Assembly: GCA_050230475.1 (NCBI GenBank)
Contig: JBFLGF010000085.1
Span: forward strand, 1-64,000
From: Ancylonema sp.
Taxonomy: Eukaryota
Direction: 5' to 3'
DNA length: 64,000 nt
Of the stretch, positions 23,907 through 37,028 are shown piece after piece. Position numbers and translations under genes: made by a program. The notes under the pieces are model-generated. The model did no database searches and was not told the origin of the DNA. It was given only the letters and a program-made list of their open reading frames with translations. Within the stretch, counting starts at the first letter, position 1; every line of letters starts with the position of its first letter.

Positions 23907-25694
23907 CGTAGTGGCCATACATAATGACCGGGTAAAAATTAAACAATCAATTTTCGGGGTGACCCACCAACTTGACCCAAGCAAAATTTGTTAATTATCC
24001 CGTGACCCAAAATCATGACTCGGGTAAATACTAAATTTACACAAGACCCAGCAAGAAAAATGACCCACCCCGAAACTACGCGTAATGTGTATCGCACGAG
24101 CACTATGATAATCATGGTACTATAAATGCATCAACCTTCGGGTGAAAGTAGCACAGATATAAGCTCTAGATATCGGCCTTCTAGCATATTCGTAACATGA
24201 GTACACATTCGAATGACGACCATATAGCATTCCAATCGGTTATTAAAATATTATATGGTTAGCATGATTGCATAGGCTACATGGGATACTCCCTCGATAT
24301 AAGGACTTTGTTTTCCCCAATAAAATTGTCCTAATATCGAGGTGTCCTAATACACTATACAGGGACATTCACCACTAGCTTTCAAAATGTGTGTCCTTGT
24401 ACCGAGGGACTTGGTGAACAAAGCAAAGCTCATAAAGTTTTTTTTGCTCACGTGTTGCCCTTAGTAAGTTGCCTTGGCATCATCATCCAATTCAGTGTGA
24501 TTGTTGTGATGCAAAGTTTGCATTGCAAACTATACAAGTGCGTAATCAGACATTGCGACTAGCAAAACATAATCAACCAACTTTACGTGGAGAGTTGAGG
24601 AGTATTAAGGTCGTACTAAGTAACAAAGTCCTCGCATATTTTGTTAGACATGGAACACTTGAACAACATGGACAATTGTTGAAAGGCACGACAAACCATT
24701 ACCGGACATGAAGAGAACTACATCTATTCTAAATTGTGAACCCAAACAAAATACACAATTATTATACATTTCAACAAACTATATTTATCCAAATGCTTGT
24801 GTACACTTTCATAATTAAAGGACATAGATTCAAAGATTGTCACCAACATTTTCAACATGGCAAAACAAACGGACACACATACATACATATGTCCACATGA
24901 TTCGACCCTAACTAGCCTGAAAGAAATGTTGAATAGCACTTCGCACCCATAATTTGTATCACTTGCATCAATGTTATTTTTTGAAGTTTGGATTGTATAT
25001 TTTTCTCGATTTCCATACATCATTATACGAGAAACAACGTTCTATACAGAGTGTATGGAGATTCACTAACAAATTTCTGAACTAATTTGTCTTAATATAG
25101 AGTGTCGTTATGCTTATATCGATGGCGATTTTGTATTGATTTTCAAAAAGTTTGAAAAAAATGTCCTTACATCGAGGTTGACCTCATAAAGAGGGTCCGC
25201 GAGAGAGCAGTGTACCCTTTAATCCCATCGAATTGGGAAAGAAACACCAATAAGTTTGGTGTTAAACCTACGAAAAAAATCATTTTTTTTACTCCCCAAC
25301 ATGTATTCATGACTTGTACGTTATAACGAAATTTGTTTTGATGGTTATATGTTATGCACAAGATAAAACTATCCACCTAGTTTTAGTTCGACATCTTTCA
25401 TGTAGGGTTTCCCCACCCAGCACCACATGACACTGCTAAAATTGTTTAAAACCGGTAGGAAAATTTGCAAATTGCTGACCAATGATCGATGGGTGGCTGC
25501 CGGACCACGATTGAACTTTGGGTGGCCACGGTCCAACCACATACGTAAAAAAACAACTCAATCCATTTTATGATGTTGACCCACTATGCCGAATTTCAGA
25601 AGTCCTAACGTGACCCACCCCTTTTGAATCATTTAATTCAAGCCGACATGCCTTTTTCATAATTATTTGCGGGTCATTGTGTATGGCCAATACA
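23907..25694. mobile_element. CCGTA-terminus Tc1/mariner-like element, expanded by nested insertion(s)
   Basis: The left end CGTAGTGGCCATACATAATGACC and right end GGGTCATTGTGTATGGCCAATAC are inverted repeats. Both ends match the compact copy at 60190-60427 in opposite orientation. Confidence 0.7.
24280..25212. mobile_element. Family B pogo-like element nested inside 23907-25694
   Basis: Colinear with 450-1242; degenerate TIRs (CTCCCTCGATATAAGGAC ... GTCCTTACATCGAGG) and TA flanks. Confidence 0.65.
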
Positions 25695-26549
25695 ATATTA
25701 ATGGCTTAGCCTATTGTTGGGTTGGCCTACCTACCAACGAACAACTGTGTGGTGGTCACACTCCAATCTCACACCTTCTTATATATTAATAACATAAGCT
25801 ATGGCATAAGCTATAGCTTTTTAATATTAGCTATGGTAAAATTAGTTATTAGCTATGGTACAACCACTACCTCTATCAGGGTCTCTTTCCAATGAATAAC
25901 TTACCTCTAATATAGACAACACCTTCACACGACAATGGATCACATGACAATGAATGCGAATCCCAATTCCAATTGGGGTTCGCATACTTTCGCTCACGAG
26001 AAATGCACTACTTTCTGAGATGGCTTCACAATGAGGGTCCGCAAATGAGTGATCAACGCAACACCAAATGGATTCAAATCCTGCGAGAAAGATCATAAAA
26101 AAAGGGAGCCTAAAGCTTCATTCTTCAGATCTAACATTGAAGTACTAAACACATCGGAAGAGAAAAAGGGATCCGCCTACATGTCCGACCCGTATCTGTC
26201 CACATTGCCGATCTTGATCAATGTGGTCATCAGAAGCCGTTTGATGTGTGGAGTGAGTATCAGCATTGCAGCCACATCTTTAGATGCAACCCTTCTTGCA
26301 CTCCACTATCCTCCCACCTCAATCCTATGTATGACAATCAAATACTTATAGAGAATTCATTGCATGTGCCTATTCAAGAAGGAAAGCAATGAAACGATGA
26401 AGCATAATTACGCGAAATGGTCAGGCGCACTCAGGAACGATGCATCTCACCTGACATTGCAGATCCCACTTCCGTAACCTGGCATCGTTTTCAGCGACTC
26501 CGGGGGTTTGCAAAGAGCACATTGTGGGGTTTTCCTTCTGTAGCCATTG

Positions 26550-27140
26550 CTACGTTGGAGGATCGGATGTCTTCACAGGCCAACGCTTGGCACTTTTTTG
26601 CCAATCCAGCCACTTCTCCGAATTTGGCATTCCGCTACCACACATAAAGCAGGGCACTCGTTTCCGCCCAAAACACCCCTTGCAGCGTGCCCAGCCTACT
26701 TTCCCACTCACACCTGCCAACCCGGGCTTCGTAGGGTAACCGCCTCTGCCATCACAGGCCCCACACTCCATCCAGCCGCTCCTGGAGCCACATAAGGAGC
26801 ACCAACCGAATTCTGCACTCTGAAGGGGGCTCTCGCCCTCTGTACTGAGCCCAGCGGACCTTGGATCGAATATGCTGGGACGAGGAGATATCAAGCTTTC
26901 ATCTACATCAGACAGAAGGTCGTCTAAGTGATGTCTGTAGCGGCGCTGGGACAATGCAGGGTCTGGTGTGACTCCACTGCCGTTATGATGATTGTCATAC
27001 TCGGACGTGCTTGCAGTCAGATAACATCTTTTGGGACTTTCAGCCCGGAAAATGGTAGGAAATGGTAGGGAGACGCATAAGGAAGAATTACTAAGTGTGA
27101 TTCCCAAACATGTCGGCGACTGAAGGCGTATCCCAATCAT
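26550..27140 (-). CDS. DnaJ-like cysteine-rich zinc-finger protein, probably plastid-targeted, single exon
   Basis: Four CxxC pairs (CSLC, CGACDGRG, CKGCFG, CFMCG), no J-domain, and a Ser/Thr-rich N-terminus. Confidence 0.8.
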   Translation of the reverse strand: MIGIRLQSPTCLGITLSNSSLCVSLPFPTIFRAESPKRCYLTASTSEYDNHHNGSGVTPDPALSQRRYRHHLDDLLSDVDESLISPRPSIFDPRSAGLSTEGESPLQSAEFGWCSLCGSRSGWMECGACDGRGGYPTKPGLAGVSGKVGWARCKGCFGRKRVPCFMCGSGMPNSEKWLDWQKSAKRWPVKTSDPPT

Positions 27141-27848
27141 GTCTCTTACTCCAAGAAATTACTCCAGCATAATTCTTTGCACTCTAGCGATCAAGACGCA
27201 AAGCCACAGTGAGAAAAAAGAAATCGGAAATAAAATTGTTCAGAAAACTTGTCTTGAATTGTCCTTCACGTCGGAAATTAAGAAGACCGCCGGTAATCCC
27301 ATCTGCTGCAGAGTCGACTCGGCAAGATTCTTTTTTCCTGTACGCCTGTATGCATCGCCTGTTATCATCGCAAGTTCGCGAACGATGAACCGGCGCAATC
27401 ACCTTGTTATGCCACCGAATGGCGCAACCTGTCGGTGGCGCAAAATAAAGCTGGACCATGCACCAGAGTTCACCGAGAGAGAGAAGATGAGCACTGAATG
27501 ACGTTGTTTTCACGGCAATTCAGGAACATAATTCAGGAATTTAGGAATTCAGAAATTCAGGAACTTTATCCGTTGCGTTATTCTCAGGGAATTATCATCT
27601 GCAATTCCCATATGAGCAGCTGCGAATGTGAAAAATAAAATTAACTCTGTAGCTCATGTCACCTGTGCGTATGTTCCCCCATATTATCCTGAGGCTTGAC
27701 ATGTGCACACACCAGGATGTTCCAATGATAGTCGATTCAATCCATAAGCCTTTTGGTTTTTGACGAGTCCCTTGCATACGTAGCTACATGTACCGAAAGC
27801 GGAGGTAATCCGTAGTATCAGTATTCAAGCACAGACTTGGGGCCCAGT

Positions 27849-30800
27849 ATGGATGCTTTCTCCTTTGTTGTGCTCTACATCGCTGCCATCGGCCTTCTCC
27901 TCTTTGTCCTTCTATTTGGGGAATCCCCCATGTTCAAGAACACAGCAGTACACACATGCCACTACGGTCTTACAATCGGTATATGTTTGGTCATCGAGTG
28001 AGTTCATACCTAAAAATCCTCGAGCATCATTCTCTATTTGTACCGCGAATCCATTGCTTGTGAGTAAGCACACGATCAGGCGGTTCTGGTTTAATCTCAC
28101 TTTTTTGTTTCTAAGCTGTTCAATTTGTTGGTGCAGAGTGTTAGAAATATGACAGAAGTTGCTGTGTTGTTAACACAATCTTATTTTTCCCCTTCAGATG
28201 GTGCATTGGAAGAACGTGTGGCGAGCGTGGCTTAAAGCTCTATGCATGCTCGAGTGATTGGTGTTGTAATCGACCAAACCCTTTGATGCAGGTATCCTTA
28301 ACCCCTTGACTGCTCGCCCATTGCTCCACAATCACCCCCACCTCTCCCCTCCCTCCCCCCTCCCTTTGCCCCTCTTGACTGCTCGCTGATTCTGAATAGC
28401 AGTAGTCGAATCAAAGAAGTGTAAGATGACGCGTGGCATCTGCAGCACGTTCCCCAGCCGACCACTGACCTCGTGCAGTATTTTACTGCCTGCAGCTGTT
28501 CTACCTTGGCCTTCTCGGTGGTTCCTACTACTTCTTCGTGGAGAGCTGCTTCGATTCCATCCCTGGACCCTTCCTGTCCTCCGTTCACAAGTACGTTCGT
28601 TTCCTCAACTCAAGGTGGCAGCTGAGTGTGGCCCAAAGGTCACAGCTACCACTACCACACATGCACAAGCCACCAGGAGCCACTGTAAGGCACTTACGGG
28701 CTCGTATCTTATGAGGAGATGCTGGCTTGTCATCTTGTTCATGCTCCAATCTAGGATGATGTTAGACACGCGAATCGAAATGCGTGATCGTGCACTCAAA
28801 GTTCCAGGTGTCACGATGTAGCAGAATCATACGGTTTTCATTATCTGATCGACGTCAAGCGGTACCGCTCATTTTGTTGACCATCATCTCTATCCCTGGA
28901 GTATCCCTGGAGTATCCCTGGAGTTCTTGAGGTGTCGAAGAGATACGACAATCATGGTACATGTTCGCGTTCTCAGAAAAGAGCGCTTCTATCATGTTCT
29001 TCCTCATTCTTATTGGCTGTTGCATTGCACCGTTTGTTCGCAGATACACGGCTCCGTTGGCAGTGTGTGTCGCCCTGGCTTCGTTCATTCTCACTTGCTT
29101 CACGGATCCTGGAGTCATAACTGCCGAAAGTGTACAGAGGCACCTCAAAAGCTATCCCTACTCCCAGATCTATCCCGAACAAAAGATGTGTACAACGTGC
29201 CTCATTCCACGGTAATTCTGATATCAGTGACGAATTTCACACGCCGAAATGTACTCAGCCGCGTAAGCATGCGGTAAATATGAAAGTCGTTGTTTTGAGT
29301 CCTTCATGGTTTTCGTGGACCTTGTCATATGGGAGATGAGTCTACAATCTCGGTTTTAGTATCAGTTGGATGTAGGTGGTCACCTCATCGAAAGACATTC
29401 AACAGAGTCAGGATCTCATTTAATGTAAGGCCCTGCTTGTTGTCAGGGGGTGTCTGTTGGCAATCTTGTTGGGAGGTTTATAAGGTCGCAGAACAGGGAA
29501 CCTCATGCATAGTCGACCTCCCCCTAAGCCAGACTGTTGTGTTGACTCTTTCATGTGTTGACTCTGTCATGTGTTGACTCTGTCATGTGCATGCCAATCG
29601 CAGGCCACCTAGATCCAAGCATTGCAGCATCTGCAACCGCTGCGTGGCTCGCTTTGACCACCACTGCGGATGGATGGTGAGGAATTCATGCGATCTTGCA
29701 GCGGACCTGCAGCTGTGGAAAAGAAAATGACGCTCTGGACTGCTTTGAAAAGTCCTCGGTCGGTAATTACTCAGTTGAGTAGTGTCGATTCTGACTGTCA
29801 GGTAAAAGGAAGTGAAGGTAAAAGTATACTTTCGGTCATTTTGCTCACATTTTGCGATTGTACTCTCTGCGTGCAGAACAATTGCATCGGTGAGAAGAAC
29901 GTGCGTTTCTTTCTCCTGTTTCTCTTCATGTAAGTTACATTCGTTACTTTGGGTGGTTTGAAACTGCACCAAGCCTTGCTTACTCAGGCCGACCCTTCAA
30001 TTCTTTCCGACCCCACGGGTCCATTCCCCCGACCCCACACGTTGACCCCATGTCCTAGAATCCCATCTTGTAGAACTGGAGGGACGGGAAACCAGGAACT
30101 CAGAGCTTCTGTGGCTGCTCCTGCTCATCATGTATATCATGCTTCTCGCAGACAGACGATCTGAGACAGAGCATGATAAGATGAACGACCTTTCCCCCCA
30201 CTGTGGTGCATTCTACCAGGGGACAATGTGCTTCCACTCTGTATGCTAAAACTAAGTCCTGCACAATAACGAATCAGTGTTGCAAACACTCCCTGTTCAC
30301 CTCCCCTGGTTACTGGGTACAGGTTACAGGACACAGGTTACAGGTTACGGGTTACAGGTTAATGGTCACTGTCACTGGTTACTGGTTACTGGTTTAGTGA
30401 GTGCCAGAGTCCTATTGAAAGTTTTCAGGGGGAAACGCTGCTGGTTACTAGAGCACGTCCCTATGTCCCTACGATAACTCGTTCCTGTTTTGATGTGTGA
30501 TAATTTGTAACGAGCGTGTTGTTTGCAAGCAGACACGGCTTTCTGTGCCTGTACGGACTCTACCTCCTCGTGGGCACCATGGCTGGAGAGGTCCATGAAA
30601 GGACTCTCATTCAGGCCATCGTAGGTGAGGAATGAACAGATGAACAGATGACCTACTTGGAACAAGAGTCAGTTGTTCCTTGAGAAAGAAGTTGTTCCTT
30701 GCTACCAGGTAGCAGTGCCAGAAGCTTCTCGGTTTCCTATCGAAGTCTTGTCTGCTGTCGGGTGGTGTAACAAGAATCCCCCCCCCTCCTTTTTTTTCCA

Positions 30801-32062
30801 AGTGCAGCTCAACCTCCTCCCGGCCAGGTGTCAAGCAGTGCTTGGTTCCCACAATTGCTACAGGTGGGCATGCCGTTCTCTTCTACATCCTTCCATCCCT
30901 TTCCTGAGCAGTGCCAGAAGCGATACGGATACAGATACATGTAGGCATCCCCGAGTACGAAAAAATGCGTTCTTAATTTCCGGATCCACTCGACTTTTAT
31001 GTCCTCCCGGAGGCCCTCCTCTGTGCCTCTGAATCAGGGGGACGTTTGAAAGAGAGTACGTTCAAAAAAGAGTACGTTCAAAAAAGAGTACGTTCAAAAA
31101 AAGAGAACTGTAAAAAAACAAAACGTTTTTCTTCTGCAGTGGCTCATGCTGTACTGCTCGATCCCCATGATGCTCACGCTTCTGTCTGGGGTGGTGGCCG
31201 TCATGGTGCTGTCTTTCCTGGCGTACCATCTCGCCCTCGTGTACACCAATACGACCACGAACGAGGTGATGACACAAAATGGAATGGGAGTGGGGAGATG
31301 CATGGTGGATTCGTGGGTGGAAAACGCAGTGCTGAGCTGTAGAAAACTTGGTTTTTTTTTCCTCTCATGGTGCTGATCAATGTCTGGAGGTACTCAAGGC
31401 TCCGTGCCGGGGGTGTGTTTTCTTGGTTGGAACAACAGCAAGGAACTCTGACTAATTCGTGTAGTTGTTCAGCATGAAGGCTTGTACGTTGCTCGCTTCA
31501 AACGCGTGCTTTTCTTTTCCTTCTTTCTTTTTGTTTCTTTTGTTTTTGGGACGTGCAGACATTCAAGTGGATGGACTACCGCCAATGGAAAGCAGATCAA
31601 CAGACGGAGGAGATCCGGAGGCAAATGAGCCCAACGGTTCCTGAGACCGATGACTCCGTCGTCGAAGACGGGAGTTTAAATGAGCTCAAAAGTGAACCGG
31701 GCTCTGCCAAAGATGGTGACAAAGGTGCATCCCACGGCGCAGAGTTGATGAAGTCTAGTAGCAGCACCAGCACCAGCACCACCAGTGACTCGCAAAGTGC
31801 ATCAGCACTAGAATCCATCAGACGGCCTAAGGGAGAGGGGCTGAGCGGACCAGGGAGTTGTGTGTCGTGGGCTTTATGCGGGTGGGGTAGGAGATGGGGA
31901 GAGGGGGAGAAGGTGTGGGTAAATCCTGCAAGTGTGGCAGTAGAGAATGTTTATAATAAAGGCGTGTTGGGAAACGTGGCGGAGGTGGTGTTCCCACCTT
32001 CGTCTCGGCGTTATTTGTCGGAAGACGTCAGAACAGCCAGGAGACGTATCAAAAATGACTAG
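27849..32062 (+). CDS. DHHC protein S-acyltransferase (PAT17/ZDHHC4-like), about 10 exons
   Basis: ATG 27849 ([10 protein letters not shown]...LFGESP). Motifs [70 protein letters not shown]...N..EV. Confidence 0.93.
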
Positions 32063-32589
32063 TGGACATGCTCAGAGGTACGAAGGTACATTTAGTGCAC
32101 CTGGTTTCAATCATTGTACACTGCAGTAGAGTGGTCCAATAACTAAGGTTGTGCCCTTCGCAACTATTTTGGCGGTTGGCGCCCCAATCCTCCAAGTTGG
32201 GGAGATATTGAACTTGGGCGGATACCCTCCGTTCTCTACCGTATTCGGTTGGGGCCATCCAGATGGGGTTAAGCCAACAACTCTCCAACTCGGAAGAGGT
32301 AGTCCATCACAACGAAGGTGGGATGTGGCTGGGCGGCTTGTAGAATGTCAAAATGTTGAAATGTTGAAACTTATGAAGTTGTCGAACATACAACTGGATT
32401 CTCCAAGTTGTACAGATGGTGAGATTTGTGAGAACTTTCTTCTGCCATCGATGCAAGAATAAAGTTCACTTCTTCTCAAACGTCGACACAACAAAAGTGC
32501 AAGTTTGAAGTAGAAAGTATTGATTAAGGAATTCTGCATGCAAGCCCAGACCTAGTACAGTCGATTGCTGCCTGGTCAACGATTGCTGC

Positions 32590-34230
32590 CTGGTCAAAGG
32601 ATCTACTGATATCGAAACTATTTAGACAACTGCCAATCATATCTAAGCATTCTGCCACATCAACTTGTTCTTATCGACACTTGTGCCAGATGGCCAAGTA
32701 ATCATTTGCAGCCTGCATTTGCTGAATAACGACAAAACTAAAGCTAAATTCCCGGTATTGCTAAAATCGCCCCCTCCCTGGGTACTTTTGTATTCCCCCT
32801 CCAAAATCGAGAACGAAAACGATATCGATTTTACAAACAAAACTCAACAGAATTACAAATCAACAAAAACTAACATAACTCATGAAACTCAACAAAGTAA
32901 ACTCAATCAATGAACCAGCTACAATTATTTCTCATACACCAAACCCACCAGATCACACTTCTCCTTCAACACCTTGACAGACACCGGCTTTGTCAACATA
33001 TCAGCAGCCTGGTCTTCACTCTTGACAAACTTGAGACTGATCTTTTTCTTGGACACCCTCTCTCAAATGGAATGATACTTGATCTCGATATGTTTGGAGC
33101 GTTTGTGGAAAACAGGATTCTCAGCAAGTTTCAAGGAACTTTCATTGTCTCCGCGCAACAGCACACTCCCCCCACCAATACCCAACTCTTTTTGCATCTG
33201 GCTCAAATAAATGGCCTCATTGCCAGCAGCACTTAGGGCCAAATACTCATCTCACAGCTTGAGTGTGTGACTGTTTCCAGCATACCACTTTTCCAGCTCA
33301 CAACAGCTCCTCCACGCAGAAAGACATAGCCAGTTCTTCCCTTCCTAGTGTCGACGTCGTCACCATGACTAGCATTTGAGTAACCCATGACTGGCAAATT
33401 ACCCCCTTTCTGATACATCAGCCCCAAATCAACAGTTCCCTTGAGATAGCGCAAAACTCTCTTTACCCCCTCCCAATGTTTGTCCCCTGGTTGCTGACTG
33501 TATCGACACAAGGAGTTAACAACAGTTGCCAGATCAGGTCTCGTGCCAGAAGTCAGATATAGCAAACTGCCCATTGCAGACTTGTACCCCACGCCCTCTA
33601 TTCCAGGAGATTCAGAAGTAGATTCATATTTTGCATAAAATTTGACACCCAGTTCAAGAGGAGTAGCAGCAGAATTGCAGTCTTGCATCCCAAACTTGGT
33701 GAGCAGATCCATGGCATACTTCTCTTGTACCAAAAACACATTGCCATCAGGCTGCCTTCGAATCTCAAGTCCCAGCAAGAACTTTGCTTCTCCCAGATCT
33801 TTCATGTTATAGCGTTTTCCCAGCCCTCCTTTCACCTCAAAAATAGTCGCCAGCCTGATGCACAGGAGGAAAACATCATCCACATATACTGCCATGTAGA
33901 GTGCCTCTGGCCCTTCTCCTAGAATATAAAGACCAAAATTTGAAGCCAGACAATTAAACTTCATGCCTTTCAGCACGTCGTCGATGTGCTGATTCCATCC
34001 TCTTGGCGCTTGCTTGAGGCCATACAAACACCTGAGGAGCAGCCACACCAAATGTGCTTCACCAGGCCCACACGTGCCATCAAGGGCCTCCATGTACACC
34101 TCCTCTTTCAGGGGTGCATAGAGAAAAGCCGTTGTAACATCCATGAGGTGCATGTGCAAACCCCTGGAAGCTCCCATGGCAACAAGCTGACGGATGCTCT
34201 CAAAACGAACAGTTGGAGTAAATTTATCAA
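32590..34230 (-). mobile_element. Ty1/Copia remnant: RT, RNase H and 3' non-coding region
   Basis: ORF 33233-34177 has MDVTTAFL, LYGLKQAPR, YVDD and TRPDL. After a frameshift RNase H continues (DNESS, HKRSKHI, ADMLTK) to about 32925. No LTR recognised. Confidence 0.92.
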
Positions 34231-34239
34231 GTAACGTAG

Positions 34240-35425
34240 TTGATTGTTGGATTCAATTGCGGGAAATATTTGAAGCGACACATTTATTACAAAATGGGTG
34301 GGGCTCAAATAAACCAAATACGATTCAAATAGGGTGGGGTATGAAAGTTGCCAGCTGCTGAGGACCCATCTGATGCAAATTCTGAAAGCAAAAAAAAAAG
34401 GTGATCAAAAGTTTGTTCCTGATGTTGTAGCAAGGAGAGTTGGGGGAAAAACTCCAAATATAGTGAATGAGGCTTAACAAGCCCTAAAAAGTCTGAGTGG
34501 CAAGCTGCAACGGCAAGAGAAATGAGAGAAAAATAGCTTTATGAGATTGTCGACAGACCAACACGAAAGAAAGTTGGTAAATTCAAGTGGGTGTTCAAAG
34601 CACTGTTTAATGCAGATGGGCAAGTTGCAAAGTTCAAAGCCAAAATAGTGGCTGATGATGGTGAACTTGATGGAATTGAGGGTGTTGAGTATAGTTTTGT
34701 CGTGGAGAGCTTGCTCTATGAGTTTTCTGGAAGTCGTCTAGATCTGGAAGCATTTGTCACCTCTGTGGGTTGCTACATTCATAATACAAATGTTCAATAT
34801 TGGGAGGGGGCACCAAGAGTACTAGCAAACCTCAAGGACAGTTACCATTTGCGTGGGAGGTATCAGAAGGAAGGAGACCTGCAGAATCGTGACTATTATG
34901 CTAGTGGCGATGGTGATGATGCTAAAACTTGCCAAAGCAAGGAAGTTGTGAGCTCGCACAACCTTATGTTCATGGAGTTCGATTGATGACTGGGATGAAC
35001 ACAAGTTTGATGGTTTCTTGAAGAATTCGATGTGTATGAGGTAGTAATTTGGTGTGGGAGATATGGATAGTTTCTTGGTTTTGTTCCGTCTTTGTTGGTC
35101 TATGTCTTTGTGACAAATCGATATCGTTGTTTATCGTTTTTTGAGGGGGAAAAAAAAAAAACAAAACAAAACAAAAAAAAAAAAAAAAAAAAAGTGAATT
35201 TTTGTATTTATATCGATTTTTGGGCTTAAGTTTATTTTTGTCGATTTTGTCGTTTTGCCCGTCGATATGATTGTGATGTTACTTGACAGACGTGGCAGAC
35301 GTGGCAGACGTGTCGAAAATAGTAGGCAACGTGTCGATAAGAATAGGTGACTTGGCACAATACTTGAATACGATTGGTGTTGACTCGGTAGTTCGATTAA
35401 TATAAACCTTTAACTAGGAGGGGGT
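34240..35425 (+). mobile_element. Internally deleted, degenerate Copia derivative of the same family in opposite orientation
   Basis: KWVFK..AKFKAKIVA is fused to a decayed copy of the GIEGV.Y...SLLY..G.R.DL block. The 3' region is reverse-complement homologous to 32600-32900; PPT-like AGGAGGGGG near 35416. Confidence 0.75.
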
Positions 35426-36560
35426 ATGGATCACAATCGACTATACAAGGCCTGTCCTTGCTTGCATAATTTGTAACCAATACTTTCTACCTCAAGCTTG
35501 CACTCTTGTTGTGTCGACGCTTGTAAAAACGTGAATACTTCAAACCTCATAGTTGAAGAGAGTCGTACTTTATTATTGCATCGATGGCATAAGAAAGCAC
35601 TCACACATGGTAACAACTGTGGTAACAAGTAATCTTGTACTTGTTGATTATTGCTGATTTTCACCTAATGTTCGGCGCATCCGATCCGGATCTGGGATTC
35701 CTCGATGGGATCGGGCCCAACTATGTATACAGCACATACACAACAATCCATGGGGCCAAGCGGGTTGAAATGGCACACACATTGAAGTTTGCTATTCTGA
35801 CAACTATCCTCCAGAACCCTTTCAACAACTCCAGAGTTAGTTTCAAACATCTAGGTACCGAGGACATTGTACACACCCCTTCACGGGCCTATTTCGGAAC
35901 ATGAGATCGCAGCGTGGGTTATCGCCAGATCATGCATGCCATATTTTCACAATAGTCCTCACAAGTACAAGTCTCGCATCCCCGACCATTCACTCACGTG
36001 CATTGCACCCATGTCAAAATTTTGTAACCCGTGTGGGTTGTGTGTTTTACTTGTACATAACTTGGGATTTCAAAATGTGCGATTTACGTGACCTAACTAC
36101 AAATTGATAACACTTGTGTTTGTACGTGGAAAACGACAAAACCATAATCCTCTAGCGTTGAATGTATATACAGGACCATAGTTTTGTTGCACAATGTCGG
36201 ACGTCACAAGTACGAGAATAAGAGTTTCGTTTCCTTTTATGCTGGGGGCCATGACAATAGAGATGACTACTCAACATGGAATCAAACGAGCGCAACAATT
36301 CAATGAAAAGAAGTTGCAGGAAAAACGTACGCGGAGCACCGCAATTCAATTTGGAACGGTTTTCTTTTCGTTGGCGAATTTGTTGGTAAGACGAACTTGC
36401 AAGCATGAAAGCGATAGCACGGGTAACGATAATTTTGTCAAATAAAAATGAAAAAATGAAGCAACTTACGTGGGACATTTTTAAGACCCAAAAATCGGGA
36501 ATTGGAATGAAAATCCGGGAATTACCGTGAATCTTCTCCAGAGACCGGAAATTACGAGAA

Positions 36561-37028
36561 CTTAAACCCCCACAAGCGACCTAGGAATTTATATATAAGA
36601 CCCGGGTTTTAAAGCCAACGGAAAAATGGTAATTGATTTCCGGGTCATTCAACCTGACCGGCACGATAACCTCAGAAGCCTTGAATTGTACGTACTACGT
36701 CTACTTTGTAGACGTGATGTAACCGGAACTACAACTACATCTCACGATTGTGGAAACAATCGGCGCCGGGCTGTATGAAGTTCCTACACCCCGGGGGGGG
36801 GAGGGGGGGGGGAGGCGGGTTGGCTGAGAGCCGCACCGTGCGTGACTTTTGCGCACGGCTGCGGAACGCACGACAAAATATCAATCATGTTGTATACGCC
36901 GTATATTACACGGTGTTACTGTATTGTGACGGCTAGCTTAATGACCCCGGACTTAAATCACTTATTTTCCGTTGGCCAAAAAACCGGGTCATAAATGTTA
37001 GTTTCCTAGGTCGTTCCTGAGGCCTAAG
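36561..37028. mobile_element. Foldback/MITE-like element with about 110-bp imperfect inverted repeats
   Basis: 36561-36670 pairs with the reverse complement of 36921-37028 (shared CGACCTAGGAA, GACCCGG, GCCAACGGAAAA, GGGTCATT). Confidence 0.7.

Noticed and set aside
5392..32062. Functional gene cluster linking photolyase, tafazzin, cyclin, DUF1279, DnaJ-ZF and PAT
   Set aside because: Unrelated pathways with mixed orientations; no evidence beyond adjacency.
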